Assembly: GCA_046292385.1 (NCBI GenBank)
Contig: JBKBRF010000003.1
Span: forward strand, 1-64,000
Reading direction: 5' to 3'
From: Armatimonadota bacterium
GTDB lineage: Bacteria; Armatimonadota; SYMT01
DNA: 64,000 bases
Shown: piece by piece, positions 45,767 through 55,263 of the stretch
How the letters are laid out: each line of letters begins with the position of its first letter
Position numbering within the stretch: position 1 is the stretch's first letter
Made by a program: the position numbers and the translations under genes
Notes under the pieces: generated by a model
What the model saw: only the letters and a program-made list of their open reading frames with translations
Told to the model about the DNA's origin: nothing
Databases searched by the model: none

Positions 45767-46518
45767 TGATCGAGGAGCGGCCAAAGGCCCCCGGGGTGCT
45801 CCGGACCGCCCTGCGGGTCCTCACCTTCACCGCCAGCCGGGAAGAGCTGGTCGCGCTCGACCGCCGCCACCTCGCGTTCGGCCTGATCTGCACCTGGATC
45901 GTCGGAATCGGCCGCTGGTGGGACGATCCGAACGCCAGCCTGCTCCTGCACACCGGCCTCGGATCGGTCGCCTACGTCTTCGTCCTCTCCGCGCTCCTCT
46001 TCCTCATCATCCGGCCGCTCCGGCCGCGGGACTGGTCGTACTTCAACGTCCTGACCTACGTCTCCCTCACCGCGCCGCCCGCCCTCCTCTATGCCATTCC
46101 GGTGGAGCGCTGGTACGGACTCAGTAACGCCGCGCTGCTGAACTTCTGGTTCCTGGGGGTCGTGGCACTCTGGCGAGTGCTGCTCTTCCTGCGCTACCTG
46201 TTCCGCCTGGGGCAGCTTACCGGAGGGCAGGCGATTCCCGGGCTCCTGCTGCCGATCATGCTGATCATCACGGCGCTCACAACGCTCAACCTGGAGCGCG
46301 CCGTGTTTTCGATCATGGCGGGTCTGCGCGGGCCGGAGCCGACGGCGCACGACGCGGCGTACTTCGTGATGCTGCTCCTCTCGCTCCTCTCGGTCTACGG
46401 TTTCATCCCGGTCGCGCTCTTCTACGTCGCGATGGTGTTCGATGCCCGCAAGAAAGCGCGAGAAGGCGCGCCGCCGGAGAGTGAGCCGAATCCGGGCGGA
46501 GCGTTGGAAGAGGAGTGA
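45763..46518 (+). CDS. Hypothetical membrane protein
   Basis: Several TM segments; WIVGIGRWWD; ATGA overlap with the radical SAM gene. Confidence 0.75.
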   Translation: MMIEERPKAPGVLRTALRVLTFTASREELVALDRRHLAFGLICTWIVGIGRWWDDPNASLLLHTGLGSVAYVFVLSALLFLIIRPLRPRDWSYFNVLTYVSLTAPPALLYAIPVERWYGLSNAALLNFWFLGVVALWRVLLFLRYLFRLGQLTGGQAIPGLLLPIMLIITALTTLNLERAVFSIMAGLRGPEPTAHDAAYFVMLLLSLLSVYGFIPVALFYVAMVFDARKKAREGAPPESEPNPGGALEEE

Positions 46519-46599
46519 CAGCACTCGCAGCCCCATCGCAGTCAGTGGCCAGTCGGGGTCACTGACCGTCAGCGCCGCCTCACCTTCGGTCGGTGGGAG

Positions 46600-46893
46600 T
46601 CAATCGCGGAGATTCCGAAACGGAGTGCCGCAGCGGCCGCATTGCTTCGGGTTCGGACTGCCGCCGAGAGGGCCCCGACAGCGGGGGCAGCGCCAGACCA
46701 GCGCCGGAACGAAGGAGATCAGCAAGGCCAGCACTCCGGCGGCTCGCCCGAGTGTCGAGCTCGGGACCATCTCCCCGGGCTGCATCTCGAAGATGTAGAG
46801 GCCGAGGAGTGCCAGGGCCGCCGCGGACGCGGTGACGTAGAGCAGGCGCCTCTTCCGGAGCTCGGCCCGGAATTCAGGCTGAGGATCGTGCAT
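46600..46893 (-). CDS. Small 2-TM protein with zinc ribbon
   Basis: Two hydrophobic segments, then WRCPRC..CGRCG. Confidence 0.65.
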   Translation of the reverse strand: MHDPQPEFRAELRKRRLLYVTASAAALALLGLYIFEMQPGEMVPSSTLGRAAGVLALLISFVPALVWRCPRCRGPLGGSPNPKQCGRCGTPFRNLRD

Positions 46894-47068
46894 GGGCGTG
46901 GCTCCTCCACGTCAGCGGGGAGGGGGTCTCACCGGTCGGGGTGCGCGAGCGGCGCCGCGCCGATCACGGTGGAGGAGGGCGAGGCGCGCCTGCGTCGGGC
47001 GGCGGCTCCCCGCGGAGAGGCGGCGTCACCCGCGGAAAGGCTTCCGGGGTGACGCCGAAGTACCGGGA

Positions 47069-47872
47069 CTACTTGAGCGGGTTGCCCGGCTTGTCGTCGC
47101 CCTTCTCCAGTCCGAGCGCCCAGCGCATCCCGCCGTTGAGGTGCTTCAGGAAGATCTCGTTCTCGTAGACGTCCTCGCGGTGGCCGAGGGAGGTGTAGAA
47201 CATGCGACCCTCGCCCACGCGGTTCGTCCAGGCCACCGGGAAGTCGCCCGCCTCGTCCTTCTGCGGGTGCTTGTGCATGGTGAGCAGCATGTGCACGCGG
47301 CTGCGCTCCCAGTTCTTGAACTCGTAGATCTCGTCGTAGATCTCGAACGACTGCGGCACCGCCTTCGTGGCCGGGTGCTTCGGATCCTGGTTGTGGATCG
47401 TCACCTTCACCTGGGGCCCGTGGGTCAGGAACTCGCCGCGGACCAGGTTCAGGTAGTCCGCGTCGCCGTGGTAGGTGTCGCTGGCGCTGTGGATGCCGGT
47501 GAAGCCGCCGCCGTTGCGGATCCAGCTATAGAACCCGGCCTTGGCCTCCGGGGAGAGGCCGAGGTCGCCGGTGGTGCTGGCGAAGACGACCATGTCGATC
47601 TTCTTCAGGTTGTCGGCGCTGAGCGCGTCCGCCACCTGCTCCTTGGTGTCGGCCACGCCCACCACTTCCCAGGCGCCACTCTGTTCGCCGAGCTTCTTCA
47701 CGGTGGCCGCGGCGACCGGGCGTGAGCTGTGGGCAAAGCCGGCGGCGTAGGTCACCACCAACACCTTCTTGGGCGCGGCGCCTTCCGCCCGCTCCGCGGC
47801 GACGAGAAGCGTTCCGGCACCCGCCAGCACCATCCCGGCCAGCGCGGAAGCGGCGAGCTTTCTGCGGTTCAT
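47069..47872 (-). CDS. ThuA-like domain protein
   Basis: GFAHSS, GGGFTGIHSASDT, DEIY, PVAW..G.GRMFYTSLGH. Confidence 0.9.
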   Translation of the reverse strand: MNRRKLAASALAGMVLAGAGTLLVAAERAEGAAPKKVLVVTYAAGFAHSSRPVAAATVKKLGEQSGAWEVVGVADTKEQVADALSADNLKKIDMVVFASTTGDLGLSPEAKAGFYSWIRNGGGFTGIHSASDTYHGDADYLNLVRGEFLTHGPQVKVTIHNQDPKHPATKAVPQSFEIYDEIYEFKNWERSRVHMLLTMHKHPQKDEAGDFPVAWTNRVGEGRMFYTSLGHREDVYENEIFLKHLNGGMRWALGLEKGDDKPGNPLK

Positions 47873-48082
47873 CGATCGAATTCCTTTCACCAGCCGGGTG
47901 CGAGAGCCCCGGCGAACGAGCAAGATATCTGCCACGGCAGCCGCGCCGCGGAGCGTCACCCGGAGTCCGCGTTCCGCGGGCTCGGCGGCTCTTCCTGCCG
48001 GGCAATCCCTGTTTCATTCTAGCGAAAGGGTCATTCGCCGCCCGAGCGTCCGAGCCGGGCGCCGCGCCCTGCGGCACTCCGA

Positions 48083-48817
48083 TCAGCCTTGCAGCACGAC
48101 CAGCAGCTCGTCGCCGGCGGGGTTGAAGATCAGGAGATCGCGCCCGTCCTTCTCTGCCACCAGCTTGACCGGCGCCCTGACGTGGATGTTGAGGCTGGCG
48201 AACGGGTTGATCTCGGAAGCCTTGCGGGGCAGCAGCCACAGCTCGCCGTCGGGGCTGTAGCTCCACGCGCCGGTCACCTTACCGATCGGAATCCCGGCGT
48301 AGCTGCCGGTCAACTGGAAGCTGCGGTTCGCCTCCAGGCTGACGCGGGCGCCCGCCTGGCCATCCTCAAAAGTGTAGCGTCCGGATAGGTTGCGCACGCC
48401 GGCGTTGTCTACGGCCACGCGGCTGACGGAGAGATCGAGCGCCGACCTCCCGAGCGCAGGGGACCGTACCTTCCCGGAGAGTGTGGCGCCGCCGTTCTTG
48501 CTCCGAAGCTCCGCCGTTCCGATCCTCTGCTCCCGCTTTTCGTGTGCCAGCAGTAGAACGAGGCTTACCAGGGTTCCGCGGACCTTCCCCTCCATCCGCA
48601 CCGGCGGCTCGTCTCCAACTGCGGAGGTGACCAGGCCGTATGCCTTCTTTCCATCCAGGGCGATCCAGACGTTGAAATCGCCCAGGTCGGGCACGGTCAC
48701 GACCGTTTCGTAAAAGGTGGCCGGCCCGGCAGCGGCCTCGGCAGAGCGTGAGAGGAGGCCGACCCCGCTGAGGGCGAGGCCGGAGACCAGCAGCGAACGA
48801 CGACTCAGGTGACGCAC
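48083..48817 (-). CDS. Tat-exported hypothetical protein
   Basis: SRRSLL twin-arginine signal after AAGGAG RBS. Confidence 0.65.
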   Translation of the reverse strand: MRHLSRRSLLVSGLALSGVGLLSRSAEAAAGPATFYETVVTVPDLGDFNVWIALDGKKAYGLVTSAVGDEPPVRMEGKVRGTLVSLVLLLAHEKREQRIGTAELRSKNGGATLSGKVRSPALGRSALDLSVSRVAVDNAGVRNLSGRYTFEDGQAGARVSLEANRSFQLTGSYAGIPIGKVTGAWSYSPDGELWLLPRKASEINPFASLNIHVRAPVKLVAEKDGRDLLIFNPAGDELLVVLQG

Positions 48818-48987
48818 GACAGGACTCCTTCCGAAAGGAACCGCTTGATTGACATCTGGGCCCCAATGAGGGGCAGCGGCTCTATATTCGCGAGGGAGCC
48901 CTCGGCTGCCTGCTTCTCCGTTAAAAATGGGGCCGCGTGCCGGATGTGGGGAGGCATCCGGGCACGAGAGCCGGCGGGGCAGCGGCG

Positions 48988-50589
48988 CTAGCGCGCGTCG
49001 GCGACGTTGATGACGGCGCTGACCGGAGTGGGGAGGTTGATCTTGGAGCGCTTGCGAGCGTCGTCCAGCCAGCGACTGACGCGGTAGCGGGTCACGATCT
49101 GCTCCAGCTTCTCCCGCTCTTCCTTGGTAGCTTTGGAGACCGGCAGCAGCGCTTCCATCTTGATGATGACGTTGGAGTTGTCCGCCAGCAGCACCGGCGA
49201 CCTGGTGATCTCGCCGGGCTTTAGCTTCTGCTCCTGGATGCCGCGGTAGACGTCGAGCATCTCCACGCGGATGAACGGCGTCATGCGTCCGCCCGAGGCC
49301 CGGCCCTGCGGATCGAGCGAGCGCTCCGTCGCCATCTTCTCGAAGTCGGCGCCTTTCTCCAGCTCCTGGATCCACTCCTGGGCCACGGTATGGTTCGGGC
49401 AGAGGATCATGCGGATGTCGTAGCGCTGCAGGTCGTCGTCGGTGATCGGCTGCTCCGCAATGGCGACCCGCTCCAGGAGCTCGCTGAAGCCGAGCTGCTC
49501 CTGAAGCTGCCGCTCCGTCAGGTTGCCGCGGGTCAGGAACGCCTGGAACGCCTCCGGGTTCTTGAAGCGGGCCTTCAGCTCCTTGAGCTTCTCCGCCGAC
49601 TCTGCGTCGGTGACGGCGGCTTTCACCTTCTTCGCCGCCTGCAGCAGGATGGCGCGGTTGACCATCTGCTCCAGCGTCTCCTCCCCGTGCGACGCCAGGA
49701 GCCGGGAGACCAGGAGGGTGCGGGGCACCTGCTTGCCGTTCACGATCGCGACGACCGGCGCGCTCAGCGGCTTCTTCTGGACCTCCGCCTTCTCCCGCGC
49801 GGCGGCGATCCAGCGGTCGATCCGGTAGGCGGTCATCGCCGCGCGCATCCGCTCCTGCTCCAGGGCCGACGCGGAGGTGATCGGCAGCAGCTCCTCCAGC
49901 TTGACGATCGCCCAGCGGTTCTCGCCCAGGTTGACCGGCTTCTTGGTGAACTGGCCCGGCTTGAGCTGCTGCTCCTTGATCGCCGCGGAGATGTCGAGCA
50001 TCTCGATCGCCAGGAACGCCCGCATGCGGCCGCCGGCGGCGCGCAGCGACTTCTCCTCGGAGCGCTCGCTGGCGATCTTGATGAAGTTGCCGCCGTCTTG
50101 CAGCTCCTTGATCCACTTCTCCGCAGTGGGCTGATCGTTCGCCACGATGACGCGGACGTCATAGCGGATCAGCTCGTCCGGAAGGATCGGCTGCTCCGCA
50201 AGCGCCACTTCCTGCAGCAGCACGGTGCTCTCGATCTCGCTGCGAAGCTGGTCTTCGGTGAGCCGGCTCCGGGTGAGGAACGCCTTGTAGTTCTCCTCGG
50301 TCTGGAACCGCTCCCGGACCTCGGAGAGCTTCCCCTCGATCTCGTCCGGCGTGACGGTGATCTTGCGCCGCTCGGCGGCCTGGACTACCAGCTCGCGGTT
50401 GATCAGCTTGTCGAGGGCCTCGTCGCCCCGCTGGTCCAGGAGCCGCTCCACCAGGCGGGCGCGGGTGATCTCCTCGCCGTTGACGACGGCGAGCACCAGC
50501 TTGTCGACCGCCGAGGCTTGCTGCGCGAAGGCAGCCGCGCCGAGCGAAGCGGCGAAGGTGAAGCTGAGGAATAGATGACGTACGCGCAT
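48988..50589 (-). CDS. SurA/PrsA-like foldase with two SurA-N plus parvulin modules
   Basis: Signal peptide; LAVVNGEEIT; G.NF.KIASERSE..AAGG, repeated twice. Confidence 0.8.
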   Translation of the reverse strand: MRVRHLFLSFTFAASLGAAAFAQQASAVDKLVLAVVNGEEITRARLVERLLDQRGDEALDKLINRELVVQAAERRKITVTPDEIEGKLSEVRERFQTEENYKAFLTRSRLTEDQLRSEIESTVLLQEVALAEQPILPDELIRYDVRVIVANDQPTAEKWIKELQDGGNFIKIASERSEEKSLRAAGGRMRAFLAIEMLDISAAIKEQQLKPGQFTKKPVNLGENRWAIVKLEELLPITSASALEQERMRAAMTAYRIDRWIAAAREKAEVQKKPLSAPVVAIVNGKQVPRTLLVSRLLASHGEETLEQMVNRAILLQAAKKVKAAVTDAESAEKLKELKARFKNPEAFQAFLTRGNLTERQLQEQLGFSELLERVAIAEQPITDDDLQRYDIRMILCPNHTVAQEWIQELEKGADFEKMATERSLDPQGRASGGRMTPFIRVEMLDVYRGIQEQKLKPGEITRSPVLLADNSNVIIKMEALLPVSKATKEEREKLEQIVTRYRVSRWLDDARKRSKINLPTPVSAVINVADAR

Positions 50590-50775
50590 AACGAGTCCCA
50601 GTATACCGTTCCGGAGCGGGGGCTTGAAAAGGGTGCTAACGGTTGTTTCGTTGAGGTTTGTCGCGGCCTCTCGCCGATCCGGTGGGGCGAGACGCAAAGC
50701 GAGAGAGCCGCGGGGCCCGGCTCTCTCGCTTCTGCGATGGAAGAACGCTGGTGGAGCGGCGTCGGGGAAGCAGGC

Positions 50776-52401
50776 TTACCCGGCGGCTTCGGAGATCAGC
50801 GTTTTCAGCGGTACCGCTTGCTCAACGGAATAGTCGGCACGCAGCGCCTCCAACAGCTTCCCGATCCGGGGTGCGTAGATCCGGCGCAGCGCGTTCTCCC
50901 GTTCCCGGCCGGTCAGGGTGGGGGCGGGATGGCGCTTCTCCAGCCGCAGCACATACCAGAACCCTTCCACCTGCAGCGGTTCCGGGAGAATGGCTCCTTC
51001 CGGCGTGTCGCCAACCGCCTTGAAGACCGTCGGGTTGTCGATGCTCAGGAAGGCGCGCGGCTGGAGCAGCCCGTCGCCGCCCCGGTCGAGCGAGACGAGC
51101 CGGACTGCATCCTCGAAGCGGGCGCCCATGCCGAGCCGCTGCAGGAGCTGCTCCGCCTCCGCGCGCGTCTTCACTCGCACGGCGCGGACCGTCAGCCGCT
51201 CCAGCTCTTCCGGCGCCAACGGCTCGCGCGCGGCGAGGACCCGCTCCGCCAGGTAAAGGTAGCGGAGGCGCTCCTTGAACGCTTCCTCGGTGATCCCCTC
51301 GCCCTTCAGCGCCTCGTCGAAGAGGATGCGGCTGGCGCCTTTCGCTTCCCCGACCCGGGCATTCAGCTCGGCTTCACTCACGCCGACCCGCAGACGCTGG
51401 GCTTCTTGCTCCACCAGGCTGCGCTCGGCCAGCCGGTCGAGCGACCGGGCACCGTAGTGAGTCAGCAGGTACGACAGGAGCTGGCCCCGGGAGAAGGTGC
51501 GCGCCTCTCCGCCCGTCTTGGCGGTGGGGGTGACCACCGCCACCGGCGTGCTGTTCGGCAAGCGGGGATCGCTCACCAGGCTGGCGACGACGGTGGGGTA
51601 CTCGATCTTGAAGCGGCGCCGGGTGCTGGGCAGCAGCGCCGCGGTGCGGAACGCCTTGACCTTGCGCTGCGCCAGCTCCCGCTCCTTGGTGGAGAGCGTA
51701 TTCGGGGCGAGCTGCTTTTCCAGCTTCACCACCAGCCAGAACTCGCCGGACTGGATCGGCTGCGGGGTCACCTGCCCCACTCGCAGCTTCTCCGCCATCT
51801 TGAAGAAGGCGGGGTTCTCCACGCGGAGGAACGGGTCCGGCTGGACCATGCCGGCGCGCTCCTTGTCTTCGGACCACTGCAGCACCAGCGTCTGGAAGTT
51901 GGCGCCGTTCCGCGCCTGCTTGATGACGTTGCGCGCTACGTTCTCGTTCTGCAGCCGCGCGTAGCGGACCGAAAGCCGGACGAGGTCCTGCTCTTTGACC
52001 GGCCACTTGGCGTCGAGCACCTTCTCCGCCAGCAGGTAGAAGCGGGCGCGCTCCTTCCAGGTCTCCTCCGTGATCCCCTCCGCCTTCAGGGCGGCCTGGA
52101 ACTGGACGTTCGCCTGGGTGCGCGCGGCGGTCAGCGCCTCGTCCGCTTCCTCCGGGCTCACCTCCACCTTCAGCCGCTCCGCCTCCGATTCGATGACGGC
52201 GTGGTCGATCAACTGCTCCACTCCCGGCTTCCCGAAGTACTGGAGCAGGTAGCGGTCCAGATCGGCGCGGGTGACCTTCCTCTCTCCCACGCGCAGCACC
52301 GCGCTGTCCGGCGACTGTGCCCAGCCCCCGGCACCGGCCGCGGCGGTCAGCGCCAGCGCCAGTCCCCAAACCGCCGACCGCGCCCGGATCTGCATGCTCA
52401 T
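50776..52401 (-). CDS. SurA/PrsA-like foldase, paralog 2
   Basis: Signal peptide; duplicated module (GANFQTLVLQWSED; GARFEDAVRLVSLD). Confidence 0.75.
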   Translation of the reverse strand: MSMQIRARSAVWGLALALTAAAGAGGWAQSPDSAVLRVGERKVTRADLDRYLLQYFGKPGVEQLIDHAVIESEAERLKVEVSPEEADEALTAARTQANVQFQAALKAEGITEETWKERARFYLLAEKVLDAKWPVKEQDLVRLSVRYARLQNENVARNVIKQARNGANFQTLVLQWSEDKERAGMVQPDPFLRVENPAFFKMAEKLRVGQVTPQPIQSGEFWLVVKLEKQLAPNTLSTKERELAQRKVKAFRTAALLPSTRRRFKIEYPTVVASLVSDPRLPNSTPVAVVTPTAKTGGEARTFSRGQLLSYLLTHYGARSLDRLAERSLVEQEAQRLRVGVSEAELNARVGEAKGASRILFDEALKGEGITEEAFKERLRYLYLAERVLAAREPLAPEELERLTVRAVRVKTRAEAEQLLQRLGMGARFEDAVRLVSLDRGGDGLLQPRAFLSIDNPTVFKAVGDTPEGAILPEPLQVEGFWYVLRLEKRHPAPTLTGRERENALRRIYAPRIGKLLEALRADYSVEQAVPLKTLISEAAG

Positions 52402-52490
52402 CTCGCTCTCCCCTCGATAACGGCCTCCCTCGACAGCCGGAGCGGAGCAGGGCTCACGGAGCTGCGGAGAACGGCTCTACATTATGACGT

Positions 52491-53411
52491 TCAAGAAGAG
52501 AGGAGCGCCTCCAGCTCTGCGCGGGTTGGCAGGGAGTCCTGGGCGCCCAGGCGGGTGACGGAAAGCGCGGAGGCCGCTACGGCACGGCGGACCGCCTCCC
52601 GGAACTCGAGCCCCTCCGAGACGCCGACCGCCAGCGCGCCGGAGAACGCGTCGCCCGCGGCGGTGGTGTCGACCGCCTCCACGCGCCGTCCCGGCACGTG
52701 ATACTGCCCGTCCGGCGTCACCACGAAGACCCCTTCTTTGCCCAGGGTCACGATGACGCAGCCGACGCCGCGCCGCAGCAGCTCTTCCGCGGTGACGGCG
52801 ATCCCGCCTAGCCCCGCCTCTCCGCCGCCGAGCAGCATCTCCGCTTCGGTCTCGTTCGGAGTGAGGAGGTCGACGCCCGCCAGCAGCGAGTCCGGCACCT
52901 GGCAGTAGGGCGCGGGGTTCAGCAGCACCCGCTTTCCGTGCTTCTTCGCCAGCTCGACCGCGCGGGAGACCGCCTCCAACGGCACTTCGAGCTGCAGGAG
53001 CAGCGTGTCGCAGGCGGCGATCGCCGCCTCCGCCCGCTCCACGTCGGCGGCGGAGAGCCGCTCGTTCGCCCCCGGCGCGACGGCGATCGCGTTCTCGCCG
53101 TTCTGATCGACCAGGATCAGCGCGACCCCGTGCTCCGCGTCCGGATCGCGGACGATGTGCTCCGTCCGGATCCCTTCCGCCCGGAAACGCTCCACCGCCT
53201 GGTCGCCGAAGGGTCCCGCGCCCGCCCGGGCGATAAAGGTGACCTCCGCCCCCAGCCGCGCCGCGGCGACCGCCTGGTTGGCGCCCTTACCGCCGGAGAT
53301 CATGGCGAACTTTCCGCCGAGCACCGTCTCTCCCGGACGGGGGATCCGCGGCGCCTTTACCACCATGTCGAGGTTCGTCGAGCCGACGACGACGATCTTT
53401 GCTCCGGCCAT
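52491..53411 (-). CDS. rbsK: Ribokinase
   Basis: VVGSTNLD, GGKGANQAVAAARLG, LLQLE, TPNETE, DTTAAGDAF. Confidence 0.93.
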   Translation of the reverse strand: MAGAKIVVVGSTNLDMVVKAPRIPRPGETVLGGKFAMISGGKGANQAVAAARLGAEVTFIARAGAGPFGDQAVERFRAEGIRTEHIVRDPDAEHGVALILVDQNGENAIAVAPGANERLSAADVERAEAAIAACDTLLLQLEVPLEAVSRAVELAKKHGKRVLLNPAPYCQVPDSLLAGVDLLTPNETEAEMLLGGGEAGLGGIAVTAEELLRRGVGCVIVTLGKEGVFVVTPDGQYHVPGRRVEAVDTTAAGDAFSGALAVGVSEGLEFREAVRRAVAASALSVTRLGAQDSLPTRAELEALLSS

Positions 53412-53479
53412 GGAATAGCGACTCCTGCTTGCTCTGAGAATAGCCGTCAAGATGTAGCCGGCGGGTAAGCACTCCAGCG

Positions 53480-53625
53480 CGGCCTAACCCCCCGGCCTAA
53501 CCCCCCGGCCCTCCCCCGTTCGGGGGACAAGCCTTCGCTGCGAGGGAAGGGGAGTAGCAGCTCACACCCATAGCTTCCCTCTCCTCTCAGGAGAGGGACC
53601 GAGGGTGAGGCCCCGTGAGAAGGAG
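53480..53625. repeat. REP-like composite
   Basis: Inverted relative of 16070-16145 and 39255-39380. Confidence 0.7.
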
Positions 53626-53797
53626 CCGCCGACACACTTTTCCTGGCCGCGGATGACCTGAATGGTCATCGACAACTCTTACTCCTGCTCGCCGGCGCCC
53701 CTTCGGGGCAGAAGAGCCGCGGACCCGTCCGACGGCGACCCGTCATCGCCGACCAGAACCAGCTCTCTCCGTCCCTCGGACTCTCCGTCGCTCTGAC

Positions 53798-54523
53798 TCA
53801 AGAGGTGCGGGTTGGGAGCAGCTCTACGCGCCACTCGCCGGCTTCGCGGCGCATCGGGATCTCCAGGTAACCGATCAGGTCTTTCGACCGCTTCTTCGGG
53901 TCCTTGATCCCGTAGTTGAACGGAATGCGGCGCGGGATGACGTACAGCTTCAGCGTATCCCCTTCGATCTGCCCGCGCGGACGGATCTGCAAATCTTTGA
54001 CGAAGAGGATGCGCTCGAACTGCGCTTTCCCCGCGGCGGGGTTGAGCCACCGCCGCTCCAGGAGCGCCTGCCGCGCCGAGTCCGGAACCTGGCTGGAGAG
54101 CAGTGAGACGGCCCGCTCGCGCCGGTCGAGCTGCAGGGCGTTGATGAAGCGCGCTAGCTTGATCTCCGCCTCCCGGTACTCCGGCACGGGGGAGGTGGTG
54201 GTGATGACCGGCGCCGTGAGCTCCGCCGGCTTCTTCACCGGCGCGGCGCTGGTCTTCGAGCTGTCCGGCTTCGCCGGCCCGGCCTCGGCCGCGGCGCTCT
54301 TCAGCGTAGCGTCTCCGCTTGCCTCCGCCGCGGTGTCGCCCTTCTCCGGCGCGTTCGTGCCGCCCGGAGCGGTCCCGGAGGGCGTGGTCTCGGCCGTCCG
54401 CACGGGCGGGACGACCGAAGGCGGGCCGGTGGGACCCGGTGAAGACGAGCGATAGTAGAACGCGGCGCCGGCGCCGAGGGTGAGGACCAGCGCGAGAACC
54501 GTGAAGCCTGCCGAGCGATTCAT
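53798..54523 (-). CDS. Hypothetical membrane-anchored protein
   Basis: N-terminal TM, P/A/T-rich linker, globular C-terminus; GAGG RBS. Confidence 0.65.
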   Translation of the reverse strand: MNRSAGFTVLALVLTLGAGAAFYYRSSSPGPTGPPSVVPPVRTAETTPSGTAPGGTNAPEKGDTAAEASGDATLKSAAAEAGPAKPDSSKTSAAPVKKPAELTAPVITTTSPVPEYREAEIKLARFINALQLDRRERAVSLLSSQVPDSARQALLERRWLNPAAGKAQFERILFVKDLQIRPRGQIEGDTLKLYVIPRRIPFNYGIKDPKKRSKDLIGYLEIPMRREAGEWRVELLPTRTS

Positions 54524-54701
54524 AAGCACCTCGCCTAAATCTTCGGCGACTCGGGGGGAGCCGCCTCCTGTCGCGCCACGTATCTCCTGCTGAGGCGGGG
54601 CCGAACCCTTCTTGCGAAGATTCATCGAACTCCTGCCAGCGGTAGGGCACTTAACAACCGGGTGCCCGCGATGGACCCTGCGGAGGTGTGGTAGAGAGAC
54701 G

Positions 54702-55241
54702 ATGGAAGACGCCCGCCTGGTAGCCCGCTTTCAGCGGGGCGATGAAGACGCGTTCGACGAGCTGGTCGAACGGCACCGACGCCGGGTCTACAGCCTGGTG
54801 TGCCGGCTGGCGCGTCCGGCCGACGCGGACGACCTGGCCCAGGAAGTCTTCATCGCCGCCTACAAGGCGCTGCCGAGCTTCCGGGGCGACTCGGCCTTCA
54901 GCACCTGGATCTACCGGATCGCGGTGCACGTCTGCTCCCATTACGTCCGCAAGCGCCGGCTCGACACGACCGACCTGGACGAGCAGCACGCGGACCAGGA
55001 GCGGGGCCACGATCCGGAGCGCTCGGCGATGTCGACCGAGCTGCAAGAGCGGGTACGGGACGCGATCGAGCGGCTCCCCTACAAGCTGCGGCTCGTGGTG
55101 GTGCTGCGAGACCTGCACGGTCTCAGCTACGACGAGATCGCCCAGGTAGTGGGCTGTCCCATCGGCACGGTGCGGAGCCGGCTGCATTACGCCTCGCAGC
55201 GGCTGGCGGAGACGCTCCGTCCGTACGTGGAAGTGTCCTGA
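54702..55241 (+). CDS. ECF RNA polymerase sigma factor
   Basis: DDLAQEVF, FRGDSAFSTWIYRIA, GLSYDEIA..PIGTVRSRL. Confidence 0.93.
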   Translation: MEDARLVARFQRGDEDAFDELVERHRRRVYSLVCRLARPADADDLAQEVFIAAYKALPSFRGDSAFSTWIYRIAVHVCSHYVRKRRLDTTDLDEQHADQERGHDPERSAMSTELQERVRDAIERLPYKLRLVVVLRDLHGLSYDEIAQVVGCPIGTVRSRLHYASQRLAETLRPYVEVS

Positions 55242-55263
55242 AAGGGCGATCGGAACTACTGCT

